Source: Eledone cirrhosa (Eukaryota). From it: DNA of 64,000 bases. The first letter of the stretch is position 1. Each line of letters starts with the position of its first letter. Both the position numbers and the translations under genes were made by a program. The stretch lies in NCBI GenBank assembly GCA_964016885.1, contig OZ024765.1, forward strand, positions 10,292,001-10,356,000, given 5' to 3'. Below the pieces are notes generated by a model that saw only the letters and a list, made by a program, of their open reading frames with translations, was not told where the DNA came from and did no database searches. This document shows, in pieces, positions 39,387-52,254 of the stretch.

Positions 39387-39817
39387 AAATCTACATATAT
39401 GTTACCAATTTAAATGAAATGGAAGGAAAAAAAGTCTTATACGGTATAAAGTTCATCTTGGAAGCTTGCAGACTTCTCCATGCTTCAAGTCTTCAGAACC
39501 AGATAAGACAAAGTGAACTACTTCACAAAAAAATCAAATAAGAAAAAATCCAATCAAATTATCACAGTAGTGCTGGTATCATAGCATCATAGGGTAGCTT
39601 CCAATGTTGGTGAATCAACTGGACGGACCAGAAGAATGGATTAACTGTTAAGACATTCAGCTGCTACATAAAACACAATTAAGGATGGGGAAAAGTGTAA
39701 TGAGATGGTAATGGAGAAAGAAGAAAAATGAATAAAATAAAATATATCAACTCTTAACATCCTGTAATAATTTAGCAAAAAATATCTAAAAACAGGTTAG
39801 TTAATTTAAATATTTGT

Positions 39818-40217
39818 AATAATTGTTTCTACTTTTGGCACAAGACCAGCAATTACCCAGTACACTACTGGTACTTTATTTTATCGACCCCGTAAGGATG
39901 AAAGGCAAAGTTAACCTCGACGGGATTTGAACTCAAACCGTAAAGGGACGTAACTATGCTAGAAAGCATGGCGTCCAACCCTCTACTGATACTGCCAATT
40001 CACCGCCCTCATATTTGTAATAATGATTTCTAGTATAGGCGCAAGGCCAGTAATTTGGGAGGGGAAATTCGATTAAATTGATCCCAGTACGTGACTGGTA
40101 CTTTATTTTATCGACTCTGTGAGGATGAACGGCAAAGTTAATCTCGGGGGGGTTTGAACTCATACCGTAAAGGGCCGTAACTATGCTGCAAAGCAACGTG
40201 TCCAACGCTCTACCGAT
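39818..40217 (-). mobile_element. Two tandem MetaSINE copies
   Basis: 39818-40008 (complete, head ggcggtgaattggcagtatcagtagag) and 40018-40217. Confidence 0.88.
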
Positions 40218-41297
40218 TGTAATATATTTTTAATAATGGGCTAATGGACACATCTCTGTCATATGTTTGCAGTATTTCACTAAATACTAATTTTTAATAC
40301 GTTAGGTTATTTTTTCTACATGTTGCATATATATATATATATATATAAAACAATATTGAGATTTTTGTTACATATAACTATATGTATTTATTAAAAATTA
40401 ACCTTCCAAGAGGATAGGTCATTGCGAAAATTTCTAATATTTGAATTAAGGTTTGTAAATTCAAATGTCTTTAGTATCTTTCCATGTGGACAGATCATTG
40501 TGAAAATGTGTAGCATTAGAATTAAGGTGTATTTAATACACCTGTCTCTAGTATATTTTCGAGGGGATAGATTATTGTAAAAATTTGTATCAGTTGAATT
40601 AAGATGAATTAATTCAAATATCTGTATGCAGTACCTTTACTAGTGAGCAGCTCATTGTGAAAAAAATGTCAATCTTGTTAATGTGGTTTCGTGTGGTACA
40701 GGAGGTTAAGAGTCAGTGATAATTTTTTTTTAAATGTTTACTTATCACAATTACGAAGTGATTCCAAGGCCCTCAGACATCATAATTAAATGCTTGGGTA
40801 ACAAAGAATCGCTAAGAAGAAATTGTCATGAGAGTTTTTATAAAGAATCCTTGAAGAATTTTCCAATATTTCTGCAAAGTTGACTGGGATATGATATCCA
40901 ATACCTACCAGTATTTGGTTCTTGATAATACACAACACAGTTAACAGCAGAACAAAATATGACACACACACACTCACACATATACATACATACATACACA
41001 CACACGCACACATCATATATTTATATATACATACACGTGTGTGTGTGTATACACAAACATACACGTGTGTGTGTGTGTGTATTTAGAGTGCTGACGGTAT
41101 GAAGACCAGATCAGGGTGGCCCCTCTGATCAGATTTTACCAATTACCACATACATATATGTATACGTGTGCATGTGTGCATGTGTGTGTGTGTGTATATA
41201 CGTATGTATGTATGTATATTCACAAAAACAACTTCTATTCAGGAATAAGATTCTATCTTGGCCATCAAATTAGTTAATCAAGCAACACATTCACTTT

Positions 41298-41514
41298 TTA
41301 ACCCTTTAGCATTTAAACCAGCCCTATATTGGCCAAAATTCTCTCACTTCTTTCTATTCAAACCGGTCGTAATTGAACATTCATACCGATGTTAAGGTAT
41401 TGTTCTCAAAATAAATAAAATCAAAATCTCATAGATTCGATATTATGTTAGGTAAAGCCTTTACCGTGAAAATACAATAGTATATATAGAGTATTGTGAA
41501 TGCTAAAGAGCTGA
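41298..41514. mobile_element. piggyBac-type MITE family A copy
   Basis: ttaa-ccctttagcatttaaacc ... gaatgctaaagag; body matches 13442-13655 in reverse orientation. Confidence 0.8.
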
Positions 41515-42740
41515 AAGACAACTTGTGAGACAGTTTTCTAAGACACTTTCATGAACATCTGCTTTATATTGTTCTTTAACACCTGACAGGAGCTGTAGGG
41601 ATGTTGTCATGACATATGGCATGTCATCAGCATGTTAAACCTGGCAATACACATCCCTCTCAAGATCTGAACACATCTGATTTCTTTAAGAGAAATAAAG
41701 AGACATTGATAGAAAAGAAGAAAAGGGTATTGAAGAAGAATTGACCCCCAGTGCTAGACTGGTACTTTTTTTTTTTTTATCAACCTCAAGATGAAAGGCA
41801 AAGTTGACTTCAACAAGGATTTGAACTCAGAGTACAGAAAGCCGGAGCAAACAGCACAAAACATTCTATCCGACCTTCTAATGACTCTGCTAATTTGCCA
41901 ACTTCGTTAGCATGCACACACTTACAAAAATCTAGTTTCACAAATATATATGCTCATACATGTTCATAAACATATAAACACACACAATTTCAGAAACAAG
42001 CTGGCACAAACCCTTTTGGTTTTAAAGAAAGGGCACTCCTGTATACCAAAAACAAAAATTGAAGTTAGTAATATAAGAATCAGCACCAGATATATGGGGA
42101 ATAGTGAGAGTGTGTGGCCATCAACCATATACATATACACCGGGTTCGAACACAAAGGAACCCAACTCCCACTGTCACTTCCCATCTTTCACTATTATGA
42201 GCAAATGGGACACGAGCTGGCTGTCCCATGTCTCCAGCAGACAGAATATAGAGAAGGCATTTTCCTGCAGGACGGTGAGAGGGAAGCAATTGAAGAGCCA
42301 TTCCAGCTCACAAGGATCACACATGTGGGGTGAGTAGGGCGGTGGTCCTAGGACAGCAAAAGTCTCCACTGCTACTGTGTGTCATAAAAGCTTCTTGAAA
42401 AGGTTGACACCAGAGGGAATTTCTGGCCATAAAACACTCCCTCAAACAAAATGTTTCCAACCAGTACAGAAAGGCGAATATAAGACTGAAAGTATACACA
42501 TTCAGAAATAAACACACTTACAGACTTTGCTAAACTTGGGCACACTGCTTCCTAAATATATAGACACACACTTTCCTAATCCTAAACATCTACGCAAATG
42601 TTCCTGGATTATTTTTATACACACAAACCTTTCTAAAACTGTACACATAGGTTCCTCCACATATATACACACCTTCCTAGACATATACCCATACAGTGCT
42701 AAACATGTAGACAACTTTCCACAACGTGTATACATATACA

Positions 42741-42814
<74 letters not shown>

Positions 42815-44104
42815 TTAATCACATGCAAGAACAAAGTTTTAAGACATTTTCTTCAACAGAAAACATCTCTTATAATCACAACTTGTCTGGGGAATTTCAT
42901 TATGTATAGACTTCATCAGTAACCAATGATATTTAAAAAAATATAACTTTTTTCTTTTAGTTAAATTTAAAAATTGTGTCAGCGGTTCCCAACTGTTAAG
43001 TTCAAAATTTAAAGTACATACTACTGAGTACCCATTCTATGATGGTCTAAATTTTTATATATTTTGTTAAATACATAACACACGCACCAATTATAGACAG
43101 TGCAGGGCTGAGCTAAGTTCAAAAGTTCAAATACTTTATTAAAAACGCTATAGGGTATCCATTGTAAGAAGGGTTCATGAAGTAAGTTCTAAATTTGAAA
43201 TACTTTATACACAATGTTGAGTATCCATGAGTTAAGCTCAAAATTTCAAGTATTTTGAATATATATATAAATAAATAAGATAGAGATACATATATATGAT
43301 CAACAAGATCCCAGGCTTCATTCACTTACTGGGTGGGGTGAACATGTCAAATTGAACCAAGGAAACAAGGTTTCCTTTGGACTTTCCATTGCTGATACTA
43401 TCTACCGGTTGTGACTCCTGGCAGAAAGAGCAATATGAAATAAAGTGTCTTGCTCAAGGGCATAACTCATCGCCTATCCAGGAATCAAACTCGCAACCTC
43501 ACAATTATGAATATAATTCTAACCACAAAGCTGCATGCTTTTGATAAATCATAATATACACACCATATTGGGTATCCGTTCTTTTAAGTTTCTGGCATTA
43601 ACATCATGTACACATATTATAGGGCATCCATTACATGAGGAGTCCCTGAATTAGACTTAACATTTCAAGATAGGATCTCTGTTATATAAGGGATCTTTGA
43701 GATAGGTTTGAAATTTCAAGTACTTTGGGTGGTATCCTGGGAGGGGGAATAAGTTTAAAATTCCAAGTACTTTGTTAGAAACATCATTCGATATTGATTT
43801 TTGTGGGGGATCTATATTGTTTGGGCATTATTTCCTCTATAAGTATAATAAACATTTCTTTCAGGAATTTATCCATCCCGCAGTATAACAATTGAATAGG
43901 AAGGGGAGTTCTTGGAGAGAAAATGTAGGGAACCGCTGCCCCTTAACATTACAATGATGTATAAATAAAACAAAAAAAAACAAAAATTGTCTAAATATAA
44001 AATAATACTTAATGAGATTCAGAAATCAGACAAGCAGTAACATTATCTTGCATTCAACTGTTGAGTCCATGCAATAAAGAGACAACCCCCAAACCCGACA
44101 CTTC

Positions 44105-44640
44105 GCCAATGCCAACAATTCACAGCATAGGGAATACATATAAAATGCTGTTTCCAGTACTAACTACAGATGTTAATATTGGCTTTAAACCAGCCCATCA
44201 CTAGTTACCCATTCATAGGTGGTATTAAGTGAGCCACAATTCACGGAATAAAAGTTCCTTCAATTCACAGCATAGAGGGCATACAGTTAGATTTCAGTGT
44301 AGCGGATTCTTAGTTAACCACAATTCCCAAGAAAGGGCTTATGTTACCCACAATTCAGTGTCAGTGTAGAGGGTTTGAAATTACCCACAAATAAATGTAG
44401 GGGTCTTAAAATTACCCATAATTTACAGGGTAGAGGGCTGTTTATTAGCCACACATCAATGGAGAAAGCTTTAAGTTGGCCCTAATTCACAGCACAGAGG
44501 GCTTGAAGTTGCCCACAAACCACAGCATCAGGTGTCTTTTTAAAGTGCTGTGACCCCAGTTGATCGACTTTGAAACCTTCCCTTCAGTTACCCACATTTC
44601 ACAACATAGGGGCTTCTTAAAATGTTATATTCCCAGTACA
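44105..44640 (+). repeat. Old degenerate ~35-bp minisatellite
   Basis: ttacccacaattcacagcatagagggc-like motif recurring more than 10 times. Confidence 0.6.
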
Positions 44641-47318
44641 AGTAAAAAGAAAGTAATTTACAGCTCACACATATGTGGGTTTAGCTGGCTTCCATGAGAA
44701 TGTTATCTCATTTCTTGGGTGTTAAAAAGCACAATGCACTTTCCAGTCCAGGAACCAAACTGACAATTTAGGACATGCACCTGCACCAGTTGCCTACATT
44801 TCATAGAATTGGAGGTTTTAATCCTTTTGATACCAAACTGCCTGAAACTACTCCAAGTGTTGTTGATTTTAAAATGCCCAGATAACTTAAAACATTCCAT
44901 CATTATTCTATGAATTACTAATGAGAAGTTAGATATATTGCTAAATTCTTCATTATTTAGGTGATTTGAAAATTATAGGTAGGGTCTTTCATTAGAAATA
45001 TGGTAATGGGAGGGTCAAAATGTTTATATCTATCTAAAAACTTTCCACCATAACTTTATGTAGGACACTTTGTTAAGTTGTGCTACAAACACCAGCTTGA
45101 TAATGAAAGAATAAGTTATATTATTGATCCCTCCAAATTCTTGATTTATTTTCAAAATGATTTGAAAATCATAGGCAGTGTATTTCATTAAAAATATGGT
45201 ACTTTTAGGGTTATGGAGAAATAATTCCCCAAATCATTCCAATAATCAGAACGATTTACCTCTTAAATGTGACAAACTACAGTCACAAATTTTGTAATAA
45301 AAAAAATTTCCAAAAGGATTTGAAAACCATAGACAGTATCTTTCATTAGAAATATGGTAACAAAAGGGTTAATAACATTTAGGGTCATAGGGAAATAATC
45401 CCTAAATTCATTCCAATAATCGGAACAATTCACCCCTTAAATGTGCCCTTAAACTCCATGGTCACAAAATTTGTAAAATAGTGTTAAATTTTTTTTTTTA
45501 TTATTATTATTATTTTTTTTTTTATTATTTTTTTTTTCAATTTAAGAGCCAGAGAAAAATAAAAATTAGGACAATATTCAGAATAGCAAATTTATTGACA
45601 AATATTAGTTTTTTTGGTGTGTCATTCAATTCTTCTTAAAACTTTGTTACTTGATAAGCAGAGTTTTTGCTTTGCTTTTTTTTTTTTTCGTCTTTAATAT
45701 TTATATAGTTCCAGAGTTTTCTAGTTAGTTGCCTTGCAAGATTTAGAAAACTCTTTTCTTCCAATGACTCACTTGCAATTACAATAGCAAATATATCTTA
45801 TTTATTCTATATACATTATATATATGTTATCTATATATTATAATAATATATATACATAATGTAATATATGTGTGTATATATAACACATGCATATATATAT
45901 ATAACACATGCGTATATATATGTTATAAATATATTACATGTATATTTATATGTTACAATATATATAATGCATATAGTGATTCATTTAAATATTTACATTC
46001 AAAATAAAAGAAATTAAGATATGTGTTTCATTATAATAGCAAATGAAACGATTCGTTTTAATATCACTTCTTCAGCGTAAAACAAATCAATGGACAGCCA
46101 AGAATTAAAAAGAGGGTGAAGTAGTGACGATCATTCCAATCCAGGACTAACTTTATAATTCACCCCATCTTGTACTCAATTTGCACCACAGGTAAATGAA
46201 TGCTTCCTGGAGACTGACTAAGAACAAAGAACATGAAATAAATTAAATCAGTAGCTCAGACCTAGTCAGGTTTAGCTGGCCGCCTACACAAAGTTGCATC
46301 ACATAGCTTTTTCTTGAGTGTTTTTAATGATAGAGGATCCATCTCTGCAGGTTTAGTTGGCCTCATACAAAGTTTCTTGAGTGTTTTAAAGATAGAGGAT
46401 CCAGTGTAGTTACAGTTCACACCTATACAGCTTTAGCTGGTTGGCCTCATACAAGATTGTATCTCATAGGAGTTCTTATGTGTTTCAATGACGAGGCCCT
46501 CATAGTGTTACAGCCGAAACCTATAATGATTTAGCTGGTCTCCTACTAAGTTTCATCACATAGGGGGCCCCAGTCCACCAATCATGAAAATCAACGTGAA
46601 ATGAAGTATTTTGTTCCGGAACACAATGTACTGCTTGGTGCAGGAATCAAACAATTGATCTTATGGTCATAAGTCTAACATCCTAGCCAAAAGGCCAAAA
46701 GCCATCGCTAAGAACTTGCCTTCTTGTAAAAAGGCAAGGGCAAGTTCTTCCTTTGGAATAATGACTTTACATTGGACAGAATTCCTCCTAAAACATACAA
46801 GACCATTAAGAGAAAGTCTGACATGTTACTGGAAGTATCTAAGACACTTGGGCACACCATGCCAAAAATACCTTGATTGAAAACAGACAACTTATAATTG
46901 TGCACAAAAATAGAAAATTTTACAGTATTCATTTGGCATGTCATGTTAAACTAAGATTTCTCCATCTTTTCCTTATATAAAATCCACATGAAGCTTTTAT
47001 ACTTTAACCCTTTCGGCACAAATCCCGAAACCACTCCTGGTTCTAATGGCACAAAATTGTTTTATTTTAACCCTTAACATCCTTTAAATAGTTTAGTACA
47101 AAATATCTAATTTCTAGAGTATCTTTAAAAGTGGACATATTGTGAAAAATTTACACTACCAGAGTAAAGAATTCAAATTTAAACTCTTAACATCCTGTAA
47201 TTTAGCTGAAAATATCTAAAAGTTTGTTAATTCAAATGTTTATATCTTCACCAGGATAGATCACGGGCTTTTTCAAGAAAGTCTTGCTAATGTGGTTTCA
47301 TGTGGCACAGGATACAAT

Positions 47319-47830
47319 TTAACCCTTTAGCATTTTAACCGGCCGGAATTCTCTCACTTCTTTCTGTTCAAACTGGCTGTAACCGGCCCCTCATACCATC
47401 GTTAACGTATTGTCCTCAAAATAAATAATATCAAAATCTCATCCGGCCCCTCGTACCAATGTTAAGGTATTGTTCTCAAAATAAATAATATCAAAATCTC
47501 AAAGATTCGATATGATGTGAAATAATTACACGAGATAAAGCCTTTACCTTAAAAATATAATAGTATATCTAGAGTAATGTAAATACTAAAGCATTTAAAC
47601 CGGCATTTAAACCCTTTAGCATTTTAACCGGCCGTATCTGGTCAGAATTTTCTCACCTCAAATCGGCCCCTCATACTGATGTTAAGGTGTTGTTCTCAAT
47701 ATAAATAATATCAAATTCTCATAAATTTTGTATTATCTGAGATAAGCTAATTATGTGAGGCAAAGCCTTTACTATGAAAATACAAAAGTAAATATAGAGT
47801 AATATGAATATATGAATGCTAAAAGGTTAA
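47319..47830. mobile_element. Two tandem MITE family A copies, the first with an internal duplication
   Basis: ccctttagcattttaaccggcc at ~47323 and ~47612; ccggcccctc..tacc..tgttaa segment duplicated at 47383-47500. Confidence 0.8.
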
Positions 47831-48328
47831 GGAGAGGAAATACGCACAAAGGTTTAGTATGCAATGATGTTTGTAGTGTCTTTACTAATGGACAGATTGT
47901 TCAGAACATTTGCAGTAAACTAAAGCAAATCCATAGTGTTGTTTTGTACTTTCCAACAATTTTACTAAAGCAATTTTTCGCGTGGTACAAGGATGTTAAG
48001 TGTTAAAATAAAAATTCTTAAGTTCCAAACACCACCATAATAATTAGAAAGTGACGTATTATAAAAACCCTCCAGATTCTAAATTATTTTTCAAATTATT
48101 TGAAAATTATAAGCAGTGCTTAGAAATATAAAAATCTTTTGAACTTTTAAAATTATGTTCTAATCAAATAAATACGAGAAAGCTGTTTCAATGGATTATT
48201 TTCAAATTGATTTGAAAATTATAGGCCTCAAAATAAATCAGAAATATGGTAAAGAAAGGGTTAAAGTACAACGTTTGATATATGTAAGCTTCTCTATGGA
48301 TCTAATACTCTAAGAGTATTATTACTCT

Positions 48329-48546
48329 AAAAGTATATTATATGAATAAAATTTCAACAAAAATGCATGCTACCTATGGTTTCACCAGCATAAGACAGAC
48401 ACTATGTCTGTTGGTTTGGTGTCCTGTGTTTTGCCTGAAGATAACTGAACTAGCAGACATAGAATATCTAGGTTCTATGCTAGAGGAAACTTCAAACCTT
48501 AGGTAGCATACATTTGTGTTGAGATCATATCCATATAATATATTTT
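48329..48546. repeat. ~220-nt imperfect fold-back
   Basis: Outer arms 48329-48382 and 48494-48546; inner arms 48402-48420 and 48444-48462. Confidence 0.8.
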
Positions 48547-48617
48547 GGCTCTGTACATTACATAGAGCACTTTTTCCCTTGATCTGTTCTTCGGAAAACC
48601 TTGGCACTATTATACAT

Positions 48618-48660
<43 letters not shown>

Positions 48661-48668
48661 AAAAAAAG

Positions 48669-48794
48669 AAAATGACTTCACTTGTAGTTTTAAACAATTT
48701 AATTTTATATTACAATTTTATAACTAGATGATCTACATTGTAAAATTGTAATATTATAAAATAAAAAATTTAGAACTACAAGTGAAGTCATTTT
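48669..48794. repeat. 126-nt palindrome
   Basis: aaaatgacttcacttgtagttttaaa / tttagaactacaagtgaagtcatttt plus inner tattacaattttataa / ttgtaaaattgtaata. Confidence 0.88.
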
Positions 48795-49144
48795 TCCGCT
48801 TTTTTTCAAATATACCTAAACGTAACAAGGATTTCACACATGTACAAATATACACACTATTTGTTTTATCAAATTGGAAATTAACTAAAGTTCAAAATAC
48901 ATTTTTTAAAAGTTTTTTTAAATCATAAAACTTTGCCTAAATATAGTTCCCTCACAGCTGTAACAGCCCAGACAGATATATAGAGGTAATTAAGCTATAA
49001 TACAGTAGACAGAAATATATATATAGACAGAGAAAGGGTATATATAGTAAGAATATCTAATGGTGGAGAATGATGGATAAAGAATTCAATCTTAAGAGAA
49101 TAGTTATAATATATTTATATACAGGCCAATGTTTACTTGTATAT

Positions 49145-49196
49145 ATACTACACGTTTCGAAACTGGAGCATCACAATTCAGCTCCTCTTCAAGTAT
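49145..49196 (-). ncRNA. Candidate minimal type I hammerhead ribozyme (Penelope-like-element type)
   Basis: Minus strand: ATAC-TTGAAGA-GGAGCTG-(13 nt)-CAGTTTC-GAAAC-gt-GTA-GTAT. Stem I 4 bp, stem II 7 bp with G-U pairs, minimal stem III, GUA triplet; C3 is replaced by U. Confidence 0.5.
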
Positions 49197-49215
49197 GATA
49201 TATATATATATTTTT

Positions 49216-49570
49216 TCATCATTTCATTTTAAGTCCGCTTTTTCCCTGCTTGCAAGGGTGGGACGGGAACCGATTCTGGCTTCATTTCTACAGCTGGATG
49301 CCCTTCCTAACACCAACCTCATGCTTTTTTTTTTTCCGTGGCGCCTACACGTCCACTTTACAGTGTGGGCTGGGTGCTTTTTTTTGCTGTGGCACCTCCA
49401 CGACCACTTTTGCAGTGGAATGATATCATCTCATTTCTACAGCTGAGTTAACTGGAGCAATGTAAAATAAAGGGTCTTGCTCAAGGAAACAACACATCAC
49501 CCGGTCTGAGAATTGAACTCACAACCTTTCGATTGCAAACCCAATGCTCTAACCACTAAGCCATGTGCCT

Positions 49571-49572
<2 letters not shown>
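49216..49572 (-). mobile_element. Near full-length CORE-type SINE (same family as 8609-8996) inserted in (TA)n
   Basis: Reverse complement aligns along the whole of 8609-8996 with short deletions. Confidence 0.9.
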
Positions 49573-49625
<53 letters not shown>

Positions 49626-49798
49626 TCATGCCTCAAGTGAAGCTGAATCATGACACTTCAAGGTTTGAATCCTGTGTAGTATCTACTTGAAAAACATTGG
49701 TCTATATTAAAACATCACCTTCGGAGTAGATAACAACATTGAAAGAAGGTATGTCTACATATCAATATGCTGCAGTGCCTTACAAATGCATTACACGA

Positions 49799-50011
49799 TT
49801 AACCCTTGAGCATGTAACCGTCCAGAGTTCTCTCACCTCGTTTTGTTCAAACTGGCTGTAACCAGCCACTCATAGTGACATTAAGGTATTGTCCTTAAAA
49901 TAAATAACATCAAAATCACAGATTCGATATGTGGGATAATTATGTGAGGTAAAGCCTTTACTGCGAAAATGCAATAGTAAATATAGAGTAATGTAAATAA
50001 TAAAGGGTTAA
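49799..50011. mobile_element. piggyBac-type MITE family A copy
   Basis: ttaa-cccttgagcat ... taaaggg-ttaa with the family body. Confidence 0.8.
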
Positions 50012-50548
50012 AATATTACTTAAGAGGCTGCCTGAAGACATTGTGCCAGGAATTACATTATAGCAATGTGATATAACAAGGGCATCACAGAAATGCGTAT
50101 TACGTATTTAAATATTACCGTATGTAAACTCCGTTGTGTACTGCCCATGCGATACCACATCAAAATTGGAAGGATACATAAGAACTTTTTTTTCTTAATT
50201 ACACCATGGTTTGTTAATTGGGGTGATAATCACAGGCTCAGCTATCAATTAGTAATTATTCTATAAGTGTATATATATATATATATAGTAATAATAATAA
50301 ATTTGAAGACTAAAACCCAAAGAGGGCTTAACTTTAATCTGTTATTTTAATAAATATATATATATATATATATATAAGAATATATACAAAATCTTGATGG
50401 GGGGGGGGGGTATAAGACAGGCAAACTAAAATAAGCCACCATTACTCATACTATCCCCAACTGCATTTTCTGGTATTTGGACACAATATTAATTATTTCA
50501 ATAAATTAAAACAACCAATATTAGAAGAATTATTCCCTTTTATGTCCA

Positions 50549-50742
50549 TATATATTCAAATTAGGGGGCGCACAACCCAAAGACAATGGAAAGAAAGACA
50601 GCTCCATTTCCTCAGTCAACCTCTGGAAAACAACTGTTTCGGTATATTTAGGTTGATAATATTCATTCTAGCACACCAAAAATGTAGTGATTTCCAGAAG
50701 TTGACCGAGATGGGATTGTCCATCTTGCAGTTTGAATTTATA
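50549..50742. repeat. Imperfect long hairpin in unique sequence
   Basis: ctcagtcaacctctggaaa (50611-50629) pairs with tttccagaagttgaccgag (50691-50709) and the pairing extends outward. Confidence 0.65.
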
Positions 50743-52254
50743 GTCTAAAGTCTTAGTCATACGGGCTTTCTTTTTAAAGTATCATATATATATATATATG
50801 TATGTATGTAGGAAACAGCCGAATTTGTGTCTCTTCTATTTGACTTCCTTCGTCTCCTATATATATATATAAAATGGCCAAAGCTACAACTGTTCTGTTG
50901 ACTTGGTTCGTCTCCTAATTATTTTATATCTATATATATATATATATATAGCTGTAATAGGGCAGATAGATGATAAATACGTGGAAAAATTGTGAGGGGC
51001 CTTAATACTAACTAAATGAACCATGAGGTGCCCTAAAACTAACTTCGGCTGAATGATAAAAGAAAAGAAAACTACACAACTTTGAAATGATCCTAAGATA
51101 ATGAAGTTCTTGTCATGACATGCCAAATTTGAAATCTAAAAATGTATGCTATGAATAAGATAAATCAAAATGATAGTAGCGGTGTAACCCTTTTCCTTTT
51201 AACCCTTTTGATACCAACCTGCATGAAACCAGTTCTGGTTTTCTACTACAAACTGCTTGCTTTAAAGTTTTCATATATCTAAATTAAAAACCTTCCATCA
51301 TAATTGTATCTAAGAACCTTTACTGAAGTATAATTAATTTTCCAAACATTAGCTTAATAATGGTTTCTAATTTGATTTGAGCATAAGGCCAGCCATTTTA
51401 ACTGGCACCTTTTCTTCCAAAGGATGAAAGACAAAAATGACTTCTGTAGAATTTTGAATTCAGAAGATAAAGAATTCTGCCAATCCAAACAGTTAATCTA
51501 ATATTACTGGACTCCCTCAAATTTTTTTGTTATTTTCAAAATGAGTTAAAACATGGCCGTGTATTTCATTAGAAATATGGCAGATAACAAAAGGCTTAAA
51601 ATTTAAAAAAGGGTACAACCATGTTATTGACTGAGAAATTTGACAAGTTTAAGAACAAACCTATTGTGAGATAGAACCAGGGAAACTTGTTTCCATTCAT
51701 GATACTACTATCACCTGCTGGCTGAAATTCCTCCTGGATGAAGGAGACAGGATTTGAACTCAGAACGCACCACATATCCAGATCAGATACCGCAAAGCAG
51801 CCTGTCTGTCTAACATTCTCAGCCAATCTGCCACCCACACACCCTCGACCGGTACATTGTTCATCAACCCCAAAAGGATAAGTCAGCCTTGGTGTGGAAT
51901 ATTTAATTCAGAGTGACAGAGAAGAGAGCCGAAAGAAATACCAAGGTATTTATTTAATAAAGATGTTTAAACAATGGCAAATTCACCACCTGTGTCTTTA
52001 TACAGATATACATGGCCAATGCTTATAATAAAAACGGCATCAAGCTAAAGTGCAGTGGCCTATATGTAAAGGTTATATGATAACCTTATAAACTCTTTAT
52101 TTGCTGGCAAGTTCTTTTTTCTCCATTTTTCAGATGTGAAATAGTTTATGAAGGCTGACTAAGTTTAAATAAATTGCTGCAATAGCAATAACATTCATGA
52201 GATGAGACAACTCATGTTGGTAGGAAACAGATTTGAAATGAAATAAAATAAACT

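Noticed and set aside
41950-42333. 127-aa plus-strand ORF and overlapping short ORFs
   Set aside because: No recognisable protein; several frames are open simply because local GC is higher.
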